A stretch of 34,588 nt of DNA. Source: a virus (taxonomy: Duplodnaviria; Caudoviricetes). Within the stretch, counting starts at the first letter, position 1, and every line of letters starts with the position of its first letter. Location of the stretch: the IMG/VR virus record IMGVR_UViG_3300006735_000100, positions 1-34,588 of that record; one strand, 5' to 3'. This document shows positions 33,676 through 34,588 of the stretch, one piece after another. The position numbers and the translations under genes were made by a program. The notes beneath the pieces were generated by a model. That model worked only from the letters and a program-made list of their open reading frames with translations. It was not told where the DNA came from and ran no database searches.

Positions 33676-34588
33676 TTATTGTTTTAACGATTCTACTTCT
33701 TGTTTTAATAATTCTATTTGAGCTTGTTGTTCTTGCAGTGCTTTTGTTAAAAGAGGTACAAGTTTACTTTGATCTATGCCTTGATGTTCAGGATTTCCTT
33801 TACTATCAACTGCATCTTTTTCACCTGAAATAGCTTCTGGAACTACATCTTGAACTTCGTGGGCTAAGAAACCATCTACAAGTGTGTCGGTTTCATCAGC
33901 TATAAAATTAAATCTAACTGGTTTTAATTTCTTTAATCTTGTTGTTGCATCCCAAGTATATTCTAAGTTTTCTTTCAATCTATAATCCGAAGATGTAGCA
34001 TAGACCGTTGCACTTCCTGTGCTTGTGATTTTTCCTACTTCAGTATTACTAATTCTAAAACTCATGAAATAACGAGTACCGCTACTACCTCCATTATCAG
34101 CTATAATAGCCGCATAACCTGTTGAACCACTTTTAGCAACAAGAGCGTGTTCAGAAGCATTTACATATAATTTAACACCAGTTACTGTTGAAGTTCCTAT
34201 ACCTACTTGCCCAGATGCATCAATACTCATACGTTCAGCACCGTTAGTATAAAAGTAATAAGCTCCATTAGATTCATTATTGTAAAAAACACAACCACCA
34301 CCAGAGCTATATATTTGAAATTTAGCTGTGTTATCTTGCTCTCTTAGTGTTAAGTTATGAGTATAAACTCTACCTGTACCTTGAGTAAATAAAGATTGAC
34401 CACTAGCCAATACTGGATTACCATCTGAATTAATAACCAATCGACTTGACAATGTAATAACTTCATTTGCTGCAGAAGCAACATTAGATGTATAAAACAA
34501 TATTTCATTATCAGCTAATCTAATCTGAGACGCACCACCTGCTTTTACTGATGCATTATTTCCATTAGCAAGAACATAAATATTATTA
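33676..34588 (-). CDS. Tail fibre/spike with C-terminal intramolecular chaperone (peptidase S74); 5'-truncated by window
   Basis: Frame is open to the window edge (NNIYVLANG...). FYTNGAERMSIDASGQVGIGT fibre repeat; SDYRLKEN...LKPVRF...GFLAHEVQDVVPEA...IDQSKLVPLLTKALQE. Confidence 0.92.
   Translation of the reverse strand, partial: NNIYVLANGNNASVKAGGASQIRLADNEILFYTSNVASAANEVITLSSRLVINSDGNPVLASGQSLFTQGTGRVYTHNLTLREQDNTAKFQIYSSGGGCVFYNNESNGAYYFYTNGAERMSIDASGQVGIGTSTVTGVKLYVNASEHALVAKSGSTGYAAIIADNGGSSGTRYFMSFRISNTEVGKITSTGSATVYATSSDYRLKENLEYTWDATTRLKKLKPVRFNFIADETDTLVDGFLAHEVQDVVPEAISGEKDAVDSKGNPEHQGIDQSKLVPLLTKALQEQQAQIELLKQEVESLKQ

Larger units (their letters stand above)
1..34588. mobile_element. 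Tailed phage genome segment (crAss-like / phi38:1-like podovirus architecture, probable Bacteroidota host)
   Basis: Contiguous TerL-portal-scaffold-MCP-ring-ring-muzzle-ejection proteins-lysis order, plus GroES-like gene, S74 tail fibre and phage-type RNR. No host housekeeping genes, integrase or att site seen. Confidence 0.95.

Noticed and set aside
4991-33833. Plus-strand ORFs of 60-140 aa antisense to the late genes (e.g. 4991-5413, 14877-15239, 18990-19298, 31990-32289)
   Set aside because: Mostly codon-register antisense shadows of real genes, with low-complexity S/L/F/I composition and no independent signals.
1-34588. Stop-codon reassignment, introns or inteins (common in Crassvirales)
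   Set aside because: Genes are long and uninterrupted in code 11; TAG and TGA end genes at sensible positions; RNR, TerL and MCP show no obvious intervening elements.
1-34588. tRNA, CRISPR array, DGR template/variable repeat pair
   Set aside because: Intergenic gaps are all under ~80 nt, with no cloverleaf or spaced direct repeats. The duplicated tail module differs at all base types rather than only at adenines, and no reverse transcriptase is present in the window.

Overview
AT-rich segment of a tailed dsDNA phage genome with a podovirus-type, crAss-like / Cellulophaga phi38:1-like architecture. The host is probably a marine Bacteroidota/Flavobacteriia; this is inferred from gene order, protein motifs and A-rich, SD-less start regions. 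The 3' part of a class I ribonucleotide reductase alpha gene (+ strand, 1-1362) converges at a terminator on a ~33 kb minus-strand late module. In transcription order that module holds: S74-chaperone tail fibre (truncated), small conserved genes, tandem GroES-like protein, candidate small terminase, large terminase, portal, acidic scaffold-like protein, major capsid protein, two tail ring/tubular proteins, a 2531-aa muzzle/stabilization protein, a cupin, three ejection/cargo proteins (297, 506, 2585 aa), a holin candidate, a DUF5675 endolysin and four tiny basic Lys-rich genes (two absent from the ORF track). Three observations stand out. (1) Same-strand +1-frame ORFs are nested in the terminase, RNR and scaffold genes, each with local codon anomalies consistent with overprinting. 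(2) The 2585-aa cargo protein carries a zincin HExxH, a sigma-70 region-2-like segment and an HNH-like segment, but no virion-RNAP DxDxD motif. (3) A ~70-aa beta module is duplicated between two tail genes. All family calls come from motif recognition by eye; no database searches were run.
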